Origin: a virus
Lineage: Duplodnaviria; Caudoviricetes
DNA: 56,144 bases
Direction: 5' to 3' (one strand)
Virus record (IMG/VR): IMGVR_UViG_3300042197_002821
Span: 1-56,144 of that record
Below, piece after piece: positions 34,280 through 43,936 of the stretch (position 1 is its first letter; every line of letters starts with the position of its first letter). The notes below the pieces were generated by a model. It worked only from the letters and a program-made list of their open reading frames with translations. It was not told the origin of the DNA and searched no databases. The translations under genes and the position numbers were made by a program.

Positions 34280-36484
34280 ATGGCCAGCAACATCAATTAC
34301 GAAGACATCGACGAGAGTTTCCCCCGAACGGGCGTAGATAACCCCAGCCAGGGATTCCGTGATAACTTTTCTGTGATCAAGGACAGTTTCCAGACTGCCA
34401 AAGAAGAGATATCTACACTGCAATCGACCACTGCTAAGATCAACGATGAAAACGATTTCAACGGTAACATCATCAAGCAGGCCAAGTTCGTAAACTGCGT
34501 ACAAGAATCTTTCACTAGAACAACTCCTAGTACCGCAGATCAAATCGTAGATTTCATCAATGGTAGTTATCAAGAATTTAGATTAGATAAAAACACAAAT
34601 TTCGTGTTAGAAGGTTGGCCACAGTCAGACGGATATGCTTCCCTGAGAATAGCACTGTTTTCGACCACTGATGTTTCTCACGTAGCTACATTCAGGATAA
34701 ACGGTTCTGGTACTATATCCTATGATCAAGAAACCACATACACCGAAGTTGGACAATCTGGTGGACAAACAGTACAGGTCGTTACTAGAGGTATGTCATC
34801 GAGTCAACTGATCGGTCCCGACATCAAAGTCTACGAATTTTGGACCAAAACTAATGGCAGCCTAGTATATGCTAGATACCTGGGTATATATAATCCTTCG
34901 GCGCCTAGTTCAGCTGGTAATAGCGCTTTAAGCACCACGGCTTTGTCAGTTACTGGCACAGCCACTATTGCAGACACTATGACTCTTTCAAAGTCCACGG
35001 GAACTTCTCTGGATGTCAAGGGTGACTCTGTGTTCGAAAAAGATGTGGTCATCGAAGGTAATCTCGTAGTACAAGGAACAGCGTCTGCTTCGCTGACTGG
35101 TGTAACAGTGGCCAGTCTGGATGCCATCGGCGATGTCGAAATATCTAATCCCGGCCAAGGAGATACACTGAGATATGATTCGAATACGCAAAAATGGTCC
35201 AATCTATCTACAGGCAACGTGATTAATTTCACTGTTACTATCGACGACGACGGATCAGGTAACCAACCGGTATTTTATTTTGATAATGCAAAATTACAGG
35301 ACAACCTAGGGAATCAAACAACTATAACTTTCGAAAAAGATACTACTTATAGATTTAATACTACAGATCCTAGTAATCAAAATAAGACTTTAAAGTTCTC
35401 TACAACACCAGATATATTAAATCCTACAAGCATAACTCCTTATACTACCCTAGTATCTAATATCGGAATAGCAGGAACTTCAGGATCATACACAGAAATA
35501 ATAGTCACAGAAGATACCCCCAGTCCTTTATACTTTTACGCACAAGAACCTGCAGGAGTTGATACTTCACTTTATGGTGCGGCTTACCCGATCTCTGTAA
35601 ACAATGGCGACGTTAAAGTTATCAATAAAAAATATAAGTCTATCGGTAATCAAAGGATATCAGTCGATACTTCTGTGATTGGCCCAGTGACCATCGTTCT
35701 TCCTAGTGTCGCTGAATCAACTGCAGGAATGTATGTCACTGTAATAGATAATGGCAACGCTGCTACAAATAATATCACTATCGATAGGAATGGTGGTACT
35801 ATCAATGGTGCTGCTGTAAACAAGATCATCAATATAAATTACAACTCTTTAACATTGATCAGCGACGGTGGTGGTAAATGGAGCGTCGCAGATCCATTGG
35901 TCAATGGCGGTATAGTTCAAGATACCACTGATTCGGCGACTGCGACTACAGGTGCTTTACAGATTCGTGGCGGAGTTGGTATATCTAAAAAACTCAATGT
36001 CGGCGACGACGCTAATGTTGCTGGAGCATTAAATGTTGCAGAAAAAATAACTCTAGGTGTCAACGAACACAACAATCAAGGAACTTTTGATCTTACTAAG
36101 TCTGCGGCGTACTCATTTGTTTCAGGATCTGAGACCGGAATATTACCAGCGGGCGAAGATGGTCAGGTCTTTATCATCGGAATGATTGGCGCAGGTTCTT
36201 TAGAAGTGCAGGTAGTGAATTCTGCATGGAACAACGGATCAGCTGGAATAATCATGTTTGATCGAGCGGGGCAATCAGCTACAATGATGTATATGGGAGG
36301 TAGATGGTTCTGCATCGGCAGCAATGGATGTAGGTTTGGTTCACCTGGAAATGCTGCCGGCGCAACTACTGGCAACAGCTTAGACGACCTATTAAATGTA
36401 CAATTCGTAAGCCCAGTGACTATCGGACAGACCTTAAAGTGGAACGGATTAAACTGGACTAATGGTGTTGATTTAACGGAATAA
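34280..36484 (+). CDS. Tail-fibre-like structural protein
   Basis: SQGFRDNF N-terminus; TTGALQIRGGVGISKKL; LDDLLNV...LKWNG..WTN motifs. Confidence 0.8.
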   Translation: MASNINYEDIDESFPRTGVDNPSQGFRDNFSVIKDSFQTAKEEISTLQSTTAKINDENDFNGNIIKQAKFVNCVQESFTRTTPSTADQIVDFINGSYQEFRLDKNTNFVLEGWPQSDGYASLRIALFSTTDVSHVATFRINGSGTISYDQETTYTEVGQSGGQTVQVVTRGMSSSQLIGPDIKVYEFWTKTNGSLVYARYLGIYNPSAPSSAGNSALSTTALSVTGTATIADTMTLSKSTGTSLDVKGDSVFEKDVVIEGNLVVQGTASASLTGVTVASLDAIGDVEISNPGQGDTLRYDSNTQKWSNLSTGNVINFTVTIDDDGSGNQPVFYFDNAKLQDNLGNQTTITFEKDTTYRFNTTDPSNQNKTLKFSTTPDILNPTSITPYTTLVSNIGIAGTSGSYTEIIVTEDTPSPLYFYAQEPAGVDTSLYGAAYPISVNNGDVKVINKKYKSIGNQRISVDTSVIGPVTIVLPSVAESTAGMYVTVIDNGNAATNNITIDRNGGTINGAAVNKIININYNSLTLISDGGGKWSVADPLVNGGIVQDTTDSATATTGALQIRGGVGISKKLNVGDDANVAGALNVAEKITLGVNEHNNQGTFDLTKSAAYSFVSGSETGILPAGEDGQVFIIGMIGAGSLEVQVVNSAWNNGSAGIIMFDRAGQSATMMYMGGRWFCIGSNGCRFGSPGNAAGATTGNSLDDLLNVQFVSPVTIGQTLKWNGLNWTNGVDLTE

Positions 36485-36486
36485 TC

Positions 36487-36720
36487 ATGTTCCATCCATT
36501 GTCTGAAGATTATAGCCAGCTCAAAGATGCTGAGATCGAAAACAGGATACAAGATCTCAGCAAAAAATATTTTCAGGCTACTAACCCTGCTGTGCAGTAT
36601 CAGATCACTCTGTTTTTAGATATCTACAAATCGGAACTGGCAGCGAGAAGAGCCAAAGTCTGGCAGGAAGAATACCAAAAACGCGACACAGATCTTGACA
36701 GTTTAATCAAAATCGATTAA
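36487..36720 (+). CDS. Hypothetical protein
   Basis: Coupled ORF, 77 aa. Confidence 0.75.
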   Translation: MFHPLSEDYSQLKDAEIENRIQDLSKKYFQATNPAVQYQITLFLDIYKSELAARRAKVWQEEYQKRDTDLDSLIKID

Positions 36721-36723
36721 ACT
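36695..36723 (+). promoter_or_regulatory. sigma70-type promoter, leaderless arrangement
   Basis: TTGACA-17-TAAACT then 6 nt then ATG 36730. Confidence 0.75.
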
Positions 36724-36729
36724 AGCAGT

Positions 36730-37224
36730 ATGAAAATCGACGAGTACGGGCTTGCCGTCTATGATTCTCAGGATCTGATCACTTTCCTTTATCAGGGAAA
36801 AGACTTCTCCGATGTGTTAGTCAACGGCGACGATCCCGAAATCAGACAATATATCGAGCATATAGGTCAACTGAACATCTATAAAGATCCGGGCATTTCT
36901 ATAAACGACTTTGACAAGATACTGCAGTCGAATTGGTGGATGCCTGAAGAATACAAGACTCTAGACATAGAGGGATATCTAATCAGCGTCTGTCCAAAAC
37001 AAAATTATCAGCGCATGAAAGATGAACTAGAAGAATTTAGATCTAGAGGAATGATCGATTTACTAAGATGGCTAAAGTATTTCACAGACACTTGTAGGAA
37101 AAACAACGTAGTCTGGGGTGTAGGACGAGGATCCAGTGTCTCGAGCTACCTGCTCTTTTTGCTAGGAATACACAAGATAGACAGCATAAAATATAATTTA
37201 GACTGGCGCGATTTCTTGAGATAA
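36730..37224 (+). CDS. Fragment of DNA polymerase III alpha (split DnaE-like)
   Basis: R...EL, WGVGRGSSVSSYLLFLLGIHKIDSIKYNL...FLR; ends before the catalytic PDxDxD. Confidence 0.85.
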   Translation: MKIDEYGLAVYDSQDLITFLYQGKDFSDVLVNGDDPEIRQYIEHIGQLNIYKDPGISINDFDKILQSNWWMPEEYKTLDIEGYLISVCPKQNYQRMKDELEEFRSRGMIDLLRWLKYFTDTCRKNNVVWGVGRGSSVSSYLLFLLGIHKIDSIKYNLDWRDFLR

Positions 37225-37249
37225 GTACACATATTAAGGAGATGTTAAA

Positions 37250-37477
37250 ATGGTACAACCAGAAAAACCTAAAAAAATCTACAGATCTGCCAACGGAAAG
37301 ATCGTAGACATGGATTTACTACGACAACGCAATGAGCTTACTCCTGCTGCGGGGAACGTGCGAGTAAATGCACGCGGCGACGAACTAGGGCCAGGTGGTA
37401 AAATCGTTCGTAAAAGAGAAGAAATACTCAAAGATTTTTATGCAGAAGCCGAGAAAAAGGCTGGAAAGGTAAAATAA
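37250..37477 (+). CDS. Hypothetical phage protein
   Basis: AAGGAG SD; GNVRVNARGDELGPGGKIV. Confidence 0.8.
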   Translation: MVQPEKPKKIYRSANGKIVDMDLLRQRNELTPAAGNVRVNARGDELGPGGKIVRKREEILKDFYAEAEKKAGKVK

Positions 37478-37816
37478 ATGGCAGTTAGAGGAAACATCAA
37501 ACCCTTGGGCAAGAAAGTCATGGTCTCGGAAATGAACTTTGGAGAACAGAGGACTCTAGGCGGTTTAATCATACCCGGTGATGACGGCAGAGATTTTGGA
37601 GTGCATCCACGCTGGGGTCGTGTGCTAGCCAAAGGTCCGGACAACGTAGACGAGTATTCGGTAGGTGATTGGGTCCTAGTCGAGCACGGTCGTTGGACAC
37701 GAGGTATCAAATACGTGCCCGAAGACCAGGAAGAAGAGATCACCATAAGGATGATCGATCACGAAGCCGTGATGATGTGGAGCGATGAAGAGCCCAAATC
37801 GGCGGTGCTGGCATGA
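37478..37816 (+). CDS. groES: Co-chaperonin GroES-like
   Basis: IKPLGKKVMV, TLGGLIIP, G.VLAKGP, VGDWVL. Confidence 0.85.
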   Translation: MAVRGNIKPLGKKVMVSEMNFGEQRTLGGLIIPGDDGRDFGVHPRWGRVLAKGPDNVDEYSVGDWVLVEHGRWTRGIKYVPEDQEEEITIRMIDHEAVMMWSDEEPKSAVLA

Positions 37817-38184
37817 CCAATCCATTCCAAGATCAAGCTACATTCATGGCAGCCTGCGATCAAACCGTGGGCGAAAAAAATACCAGACAGTACGAAATGT
37901 ACTATAAACTGATCAAAGAAGAAGTCGCTGAGCTCATGCAGGCCCATAATCAAAACGATCGCATAGAACAGCTTGATGCTCTCATAGACATCCTAGTAGT
38001 CACTGTAGGTGCTATCCACAGCATGGGCGCAGATGGGGAAGGTGCTTGGAACGAAGTAATGCGAACGAATTTCGCTAAAATCAATCCAGATACCAAAAAA
38101 GTTATAAAACGGGGAGATGGAAAAGTTCTAAAGCCAGAAGGTTGGCAGCCACCGTCTCTGGAAAAGTATCTGCTCAAAGACTAA
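37813..38184 (+). CDS. MazG-like NTP pyrophosphohydrolase
   Basis: LIKEEVAEL, DALIDILVV, EV.RTN.AK, DGKVLKP.GW.PP. Confidence 0.88.
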   Translation: MTNPFQDQATFMAACDQTVGEKNTRQYEMYYKLIKEEVAELMQAHNQNDRIEQLDALIDILVVTVGAIHSMGADGEGAWNEVMRTNFAKINPDTKKVIKRGDGKVLKPEGWQPPSLEKYLLKD

Positions 38185-38192
38185 AAATCCCA

Positions 38193-38220
38193 TTGACTTT
38201 TCTTAAATTTAGTGTAAAAT
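38193..38220 (+). promoter_or_regulatory. sigma70-type promoter, leaderless arrangement
   Basis: TTGACT-16-TAAAAT then 6 nt then ATG 38227. Confidence 0.65.
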
Positions 38221-38226
38221 CTAACT

Positions 38227-38631
38227 ATGTTCACACCACTACGCGATGACCTTATGGTCCAACAGCAGATCTCCAACGCATGGGAACATATGGTTGGGGT
38301 CATCATGCTGAATCAAACTGGAAGGAAGCCCGTAAAGACCTGCTTACCAGAATTTCTGTATTGGTTCCCTAATCCCCATGTGTTCCTAGACGCTGACGAA
38401 AATTTCGTCAAAACTATCATAGCTCCCTTGGGCATGGTCAATGTTCGATACAAGAGATTGATTGGTATGACCAAAGACTTTATGACCTGGGACGGCAGAG
38501 ATGCCACGGCGCTGTATGGTATCGGAAAATACGGTTCAGACAGCTATGAGATCTTTTTCAAACAGAATTATGCTGTAGAACCTACAGACAAAGAACTTAA
38601 ACGCTATCTAGAAGAGGAAATTTTTCAATGA
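38227..38631 (+). CDS. HhH-GPD DNA glycosylase, MBD4-like
   Basis: W..MV.VIMLNQT, PLG, LYGIGKYGSDSY.IF, P.DKEL..Y. Confidence 0.85.
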   Translation: MFTPLRDDLMVQQQISNAWEHMVGVIMLNQTGRKPVKTCLPEFLYWFPNPHVFLDADENFVKTIIAPLGMVNVRYKRLIGMTKDFMTWDGRDATALYGIGKYGSDSYEIFFKQNYAVEPTDKELKRYLEEEIFQ

Positions 38632-38873
38632 TAGAAATAATAACTATTTTTATTCCTGTCGCAATAATTTGCAGAGACTTGTCTGTGAAAAACTGTGAAA
38701 TGATACAGTATCAAGGTTATTTCCACAGTGAACAAGAATGCCGAAATATCATCGATACTACATTTATGTCTAAATTACTTTCTGAAGATCACGCCCATAT
38801 ATACATAGATACGCGGTGCGTAAGAACAGAGATTCGAGCTGTTGATAAAAAATATCTTCCTCAATCTATTTAA
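38628..38873 (+). CDS. Small Cys-containing hypothetical protein
   Basis: ATGA coupling; hydrophobic N-terminus. Confidence 0.6.
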   Translation: MIEIITIFIPVAIICRDLSVKNCEMIQYQGYFHSEQECRNIIDTTFMSKLLSEDHAHIYIDTRCVRTEIRAVDKKYLPQSI

Positions 38874-38932
38874 TAAGAATTCATGACTACTCCAGAAGAA
38901 CTTTTTCCGCAGACAGATAGAAGAGGAAGTAT

Positions 38933-39340
38933 ATGAAGACCGGTTTCACCTGCAGCACCTTTGATCTCTTCCACGCTGGGCATATCATGATGCTCAAGGA
39001 GGCTAAGACCAAATGCGACTATCTTATCGTAGGTTTGCAAACAGACCCAACCATCGATCGAGAATGGAAAAACACGCCAGTGCAATCAGTGTTCGAACGA
39101 TTCGTGCAGCTACAGGCCTGTAAGTATGTCGACGAAATCGTACCGTATGCCACAGAAAAAGAACTGCTGGATATCTTGCAATCATATCCCATAGATGTTA
39201 GAATACTAGGTGAAGAATACCTAGACAAACAATTTACAGGATTCGACCTGCCAATGGGCAAACATTTTAACAGAAGGCGACACAGTTTTTCCACCACAGA
39301 ACTGAGGCAGCGTGTGGTAGATGCGGAGAGTAAAAAATGA
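38933..39340 (+). CDS. Cytidylyltransferase (TagD-like)
   Basis: TFDLFHAGH (HxGH), LIVGLQTD, RRHSFSTT. Confidence 0.9.
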   Translation: MKTGFTCSTFDLFHAGHIMMLKEAKTKCDYLIVGLQTDPTIDREWKNTPVQSVFERFVQLQACKYVDEIVPYATEKELLDILQSYPIDVRILGEEYLDKQFTGFDLPMGKHFNRRRHSFSTTELRQRVVDAESKK

Positions 39341-40263
39341 AAGAATTATGGGTAGAAAAATATAGGCCGAAAACCCTAGATGGTTACGTGTTTAAAGATG
39401 AGCGCCAAAAGTCTCAGATCGAATCCTGGATCAAGGAAGGCGCAATTCCTCACCTACTGTTTTCTGGTAACGCCGGAGTGGGTAAAACTACTCTAGCTAA
39501 AATATTAGTCAACGAGCTAGGCGTACAAGACACAGACGTGCTCGTAGCTAATGCCAGTAAAGATGGTCGCAGGATTGAGTGGCTCAACGACAAGCTCACT
39601 GGATTCTGTCAGACCATGCCATTCGGCGAATTCAAAGTTGTGATCTTAGACGAAGCCGATTATCTTAATCCACAAAGCGTGCAACCTGCCCTGCGAAATC
39701 TCATGGAAGAATACAGTCACTCTGTGAGATTCATCCTTACCTGTAACTATCCCAATCGCATCATACCTGCACTTCACAGTCGTTGCCAGCAGATTCACGT
39801 CGAAAGGACCGATCTCACTGAATTTACCGCCCGAGCTGCTACTATTCTAGTACAGGAAGGCATCGAATTCGATCTCGACACATTGGATACCTATGTCAAA
39901 GGTACCTATTCCGACCTCAGAAAATGCATCAACAATATCCAGATGAACAGCCTAGATGGAAAATTGCATGCGCCAGACGCTGACAGCGTCAGCACTGATT
40001 ATAGGGTAGAAATGGTAGAACTGTTCAAGAAAAACAAAATCGCGGATGCTAGGAAATTGCTGTGTAGCCAAGCCAGACCTGAAGAGATGGAGGACATCTA
40101 TCGATGGATGTATGACAATGTCAGCCTCTTTGGCAAGGATGAGGCTGCACAGGATCAAGCAGTATTGATCATCAAACAGGGCCTAGTCGATCATACACTG
40201 GTCGCAGATGCTGAAATAAATCTAGCAGCCACCCTGATAAGATTGGCTAGGAACCTCGAATAA
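39337..40263 (+). CDS. Clamp-loader ATPase (RFC small subunit / gp44-like)
   Basis: WVEKYRP, GNAGVGKTT, DEAD, SRC motifs. Confidence 0.93.
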   Translation: MKELWVEKYRPKTLDGYVFKDERQKSQIESWIKEGAIPHLLFSGNAGVGKTTLAKILVNELGVQDTDVLVANASKDGRRIEWLNDKLTGFCQTMPFGEFKVVILDEADYLNPQSVQPALRNLMEEYSHSVRFILTCNYPNRIIPALHSRCQQIHVERTDLTEFTARAATILVQEGIEFDLDTLDTYVKGTYSDLRKCINNIQMNSLDGKLHAPDADSVSTDYRVEMVELFKKNKIADARKLLCSQARPEEMEDIYRWMYDNVSLFGKDEAAQDQAVLIIKQGLVDHTLVADAEINLAATLIRLARNLE

Positions 40264-40264
40264 C

Positions 40265-40290
40265 CTCTCAGCTAGTCTTCTAGCTGAGAG
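40265..40290. terminator. Hairpin between convergent genes, likely bidirectional terminator
   Basis: ctctcagctag-tctt-ctagctgagag then tttt. Confidence 0.75.
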
Positions 40291-40305
40291 TTTTAAATAC
40301 TTCTG

Positions 40306-41043
40306 TCAGTCACCGTAGAGTTCTAGGACCTCCTTGACGGCTTCATGCCGTTCGATGTCACCAGTTTCGAATTCCACGATGTCGAGACAATCTAGATTGC
40401 GGTCTTCTAGCTTCCTGCAAAAATCTATGAGACCGTTATCTTCTAATCGATCTGCCTGTCGCAGATCTCCAGTCACGACCATCTTAGAGCCTTCACCGAG
40501 ACGAGTTAACAGCATTTTCATCTGGTTGGGCGTAGCGTTCTGCATTTCGTCGGCAATGATATAAGATTTCTTAAACGTACGACCCCTCATGTACGCTAAA
40601 GGGCTGATCTCGATCACTCCCTCACGGATCATATTTTCGATGTCTCTAGAATAGTAATAATCTGATAGAACATCGAAAATCGGGCGAGTCCAGGGCTCCA
40701 TCTTTTCCTGTAACGTTCCCGGAAGGAATCCATGATCTTCATCCACCGAAACAGCAGGTCTAGTCACTATGATTTTATCTATCGCTCCTTCTTTGAGAAG
40801 CTTAACGCCGACTTGGCACGCTATCAGTGTTTTACCTGTGCCAGCGGGACCAATCGCGAAAACTATGTTTTTGGACTGATCTAATAATTTATGTAGATAT
40901 TTGTGCTGATTGCTGTTACGGGGAGCAACATGTACATGTTGTTTTTTCTGTGGAAGTAATGTTTGATTTGTGTGCCTAAAATTCTGATACTCTACGACGC
41001 TTAAATCTGCTTTAAAACGCTTCTTGGCTCTCTTTGTCGTCAT
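40306..41043 (-). CDS. phoH: PhoH-family ATPase
   Basis: GPAGTGKT, TRPAV, GFLPG, YMRGRTF, DEMQN, GD..Q.D; AAGGAG SD before ATG 41043. Confidence 0.95.
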   Translation of the reverse strand: MTTKRAKKRFKADLSVVEYQNFRHTNQTLLPQKKQHVHVAPRNSNQHKYLHKLLDQSKNIVFAIGPAGTGKTLIACQVGVKLLKEGAIDKIIVTRPAVSVDEDHGFLPGTLQEKMEPWTRPIFDVLSDYYYSRDIENMIREGVIEISPLAYMRGRTFKKSYIIADEMQNATPNQMKMLLTRLGEGSKMVVTGDLRQADRLEDNGLIDFCRKLEDRNLDCLDIVEFETGDIERHEAVKEVLELYGD

Positions 41044-41182
41044 TAACTGCTCTCCTTTTGAGGCGTAGGACGTCAAGTTGTCTATATCACAGTAGGACAA
41101 CTCAGAGAGGTCCTACCAAAATATTTAACAATCTAAGAAAAAATATAACTGATACTCTATCAAAACGGCAAAGATAAATAAA

Positions 41183-41737
41183 ATGTCACAGGAAAATCAA
41201 AAAATGCAAGACATTCTCGAGATCATCAAAAACGTAGATACCATCTACAACGATGAAAATTCTCTAAATATCCTCAAGGACTATGAAAGAGTCTTTGACG
41301 AGCTCGACCTTTATGTGTTCGAAAACTGGAGAGATGGTGAGCTAGTGGTCGGACCAAAGATGGATCGCCATTGGATCACTTGTAGTTTCATGTGGCCTAA
41401 AGAAAAGATGCCCAATCCCGAGGCCGCAAAAAGACTAGGCGAATATGGCTGCAATGTCAAATATATCAAAGACACGCTAATAAAGCCTAGGAAGATCAAG
41501 GACCCCGATGACATACGCCCGGGTACCAAGAAAGGCAAGCTAGACGAGTTTCCTATATGGATCGTAGAAATCGCCATGCCGAAGAAACTGGTCTTAGAGA
41601 TATTCAGAGGATATCACAGCAAGCTCATGGATGAGATAGAAACAGAAAAATCTGCGCCCGAGCTGCAAGCACCGCCTGAAGGAGAGATGGTACAGGATAT
41701 GGAAACCCCTGGAGGTGAACCAAATGCTGCTCAATGA
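41183..41737 (+). CDS. Hypothetical phage protein (start could be 41204)
   Basis: ORF following ATAAATA at 41174. Confidence 0.8.
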   Translation: MSQENQKMQDILEIIKNVDTIYNDENSLNILKDYERVFDELDLYVFENWRDGELVVGPKMDRHWITCSFMWPKEKMPNPEAAKRLGEYGCNVKYIKDTLIKPRKIKDPDDIRPGTKKGKLDEFPIWIVEIAMPKKLVLEIFRGYHSKLMDEIETEKSAPELQAPPEGEMVQDMETPGGEPNAAQ

Positions 41738-42458
41738 GGACAGCCTACAAGCCGGTGATCTCAGAAATCTGTTGAGCCATATATTCGAAGTCGACCAATA
41801 CAAATCTAAGATGGGCGACGACAAGGATGTGGTCGTGTTGAGCTTCACCGTCGAGAGCGAGCATCCCGCTGACGACCTAGTGGACTTTGTCGAGAAGGGT
41901 TATCAGTTCGTCTTAGATGCTGACAAGAGTCCTGGAGAAATGCGCAACGGAAAATATAAAGTGTTCGTCGAAATAGAACGAGACAAACACATCTCAGAGA
42001 ATATCGAAAATCTCTTGTACGGAGTAGGTAAATTAGCTGGTATAGAAAATTTCAAGTTTAGGTACTATAAGAGCTTCAACAGCATCGAAGCCAACAAGAT
42101 CAATCTCGAAGAGACTATTCCCTCTGATCCAGTAAGCTATGAAACTACCATACAAGAAAGACAGCTAGAGAATTACGATAACTTTTTCTCGCAGAGCATG
42201 CTAGAAAGCCTAACTGTGATAGATGATGTCATAGAATTCAAGAAAGTTTTCGCCGAACCCTTAAAATTTAAAATACTGGAATCAGGCAAGACCAAGACTA
42301 TCCTAGAGTCGCTGACAGATAAGATCGCAGTAGACTACTATGATATGGCCGAAATCATGTTCCTAACCAAATACATCGGTAACTATAACATAACTAAGAT
42401 GGGTACAAAGTTCATGTTCGAACACAGAGATCATGCTGTGATAATGGAGAAAATATAA
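41724..42458 (+). CDS. Hypothetical phage protein
   Basis: GGAGG SD before ATG 41724. Confidence 0.8.
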   Translation: MLLNEDSLQAGDLRNLLSHIFEVDQYKSKMGDDKDVVVLSFTVESEHPADDLVDFVEKGYQFVLDADKSPGEMRNGKYKVFVEIERDKHISENIENLLYGVGKLAGIENFKFRYYKSFNSIEANKINLEETIPSDPVSYETTIQERQLENYDNFFSQSMLESLTVIDDVIEFKKVFAEPLKFKILESGKTKTILESLTDKIAVDYYDMAEIMFLTKYIGNYNITKMGTKFMFEHRDHAVIMEKI

Positions 42459-43084
42459 TGTCATTTACTTTCGATTTTAAAAAACAACATCTGCAAGCAT
42501 TGATAGGAAACAATCCTTATCTAGATTACTGGTACAATGCGCTGTGCCAAATACTGCCTGAATATGAGATCAACACACCAGAGCGTGTGGCAGCATGGTT
42601 GGCACAGTGCGCACACGAAAGTGGTTATTTTAAATTTCTCAAAGAAAATCTAAACTACAAGGCGGCCAGCCTGCGTAAAGTATTTCCTAAATATTTCCCC
42701 ACAGACGAGCTGGCAGCTCAATATGAAAAGAAACCAGAAAAGATCGCTAACAGAGTCTATGCCAATCGCATGGGCAACGGTGACGAGGCCAGCGGTGATG
42801 GATTCCGTTATCTAGGACGTGGTCTGATCCAGCTCACAGGCAAGAACAACTATACTATCTTCGCTGCCAGCATCGATACCCCTTTAGAAGAGATTCCAGA
42901 ATACTTACAGACTTTCGAGGGTGCTGTACAGAGCGCCTGCTGGTTCTGGGAACAGAACAATCTTAACAAATTCGCTGATAGCCGAGATATCGTAACCATG
43001 AGCAAACGTATCAACGGCGGAACCATCGGTATGGAAGATCGCATCATGAAATATGAAAAATGCCTTAAGATGTTTGGAGTCTAA
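42458..43084 (+). CDS. GH19-family endolysin
   Basis: AQCAHES, ENLNY, YLGRGLIQLTGKNNY, INGG. Confidence 0.92.
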   Translation: MSFTFDFKKQHLQALIGNNPYLDYWYNALCQILPEYEINTPERVAAWLAQCAHESGYFKFLKENLNYKAASLRKVFPKYFPTDELAAQYEKKPEKIANRVYANRMGNGDEASGDGFRYLGRGLIQLTGKNNYTIFAASIDTPLEEIPEYLQTFEGAVQSACWFWEQNNLNKFADSRDIVTMSKRINGGTIGMEDRIMKYEKCLKMFGV

Positions 43085-43086
43085 AG

Positions 43087-43587
43087 ATGTTTGGTATCGG
43101 TGGAATGATAAAAGCCATAGTAGCCCTGATAATCGTTGTTATACTAGCAGGCGGCATATATTATATCACCGGTCTACGTGCTGACCTAGCTGTCAGTGAA
43201 ATGAACAACAAAAAGCTAGAAGAAGGTATTCAGGCACAGCAGGCTCTCATGGAGCAAATGAAAGCTGACGTCGCACAGATACAGACTATCAATCAGGATC
43301 TGGCTAAAGAAGCAGATCGCCAACGTCAAGAAGTAGCACAGCTACAAAACAGATTTTCAGTAAATGCCAAAGGTGAGGCCAGAGACTTTGGTGCTCTAGC
43401 TGCTGAAAAACCCGAAGTAGTAGAACGTGCTGTAAATAGAGGAACTGCTCGAGCATTAAGATGTCTAGAACTAGCATCTGGTGCACCACACACAGAACAA
43501 GAACTACGTGCAACAACATCCAGTGAGATAAACCGTGAATGTCCAACACTTGCGAACCCCAATTATAAGCCTGCTCCTGGCCAGTAG
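43087..43587 (+). CDS. Inner-membrane spanin (Rz-like)
   Basis: N-terminal TM then coiled coil and Cys; follows endolysin. Confidence 0.75.
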   Translation: MFGIGGMIKAIVALIIVVILAGGIYYITGLRADLAVSEMNNKKLEEGIQAQQALMEQMKADVAQIQTINQDLAKEADRQRQEVAQLQNRFSVNAKGEARDFGALAAEKPEVVERAVNRGTARALRCLELASGAPHTEQELRATTSSEINRECPTLANPNYKPAPGQ

Positions 43588-43936
43588 CCTCACAGGCTGT
43601 GCCAGCTTTGGTAACCTCTTTGGAGAGAGGGTGAAACCTGTCGAGATACAGACCAAGGCAGTGGAACGAACGAGATTAGATATTCCTTTTCCTAATCCTG
43701 TGACAGCTAAACCCATCGAATGGATAATCATCACTCCAGAAAACGCCGATCAGATATGGGCCAAATTAAAAGAGTCAAACACTGACATCGTTTTATTAGG
43801 ATTAACAGATAATGGCTACGAACAATTATCTGTGACCATTGCAGAATTGAGAAACATGATCGCTGCACAGCGTCAGATCATCATCAAGTATAAAGAATAC
43901 TACGAGCCCGAAAAGAAAGAAGAAGCCAAGAAATGA
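43535..43936 (+). CDS. Outer-membrane lipoprotein spanin (Rz1-like)
   Basis: Lipobox LTGC; overlaps the i-spanin 3' end. Confidence 0.75.
   Translation: MNVQHLRTPIISLLLASSLTGCASFGNLFGERVKPVEIQTKAVERTRLDIPFPNPVTAKPIEWIIITPENADQIWAKLKESNTDIVLLGLTDNGYEQLSVTIAELRNMIAAQRQIIIKYKEYYEPEKKEEAKK

Noticed and set aside
24217-36484. Diversity-generating retroelement or invertible tail-fibre cassette
   Set aside because: No reverse transcriptase, recombinase or near-duplicate repeat seen in the window
24210-36552. Many minus-strand ORFs inside the structural genes
   Set aside because: Shadow frames of long plus-strand genes
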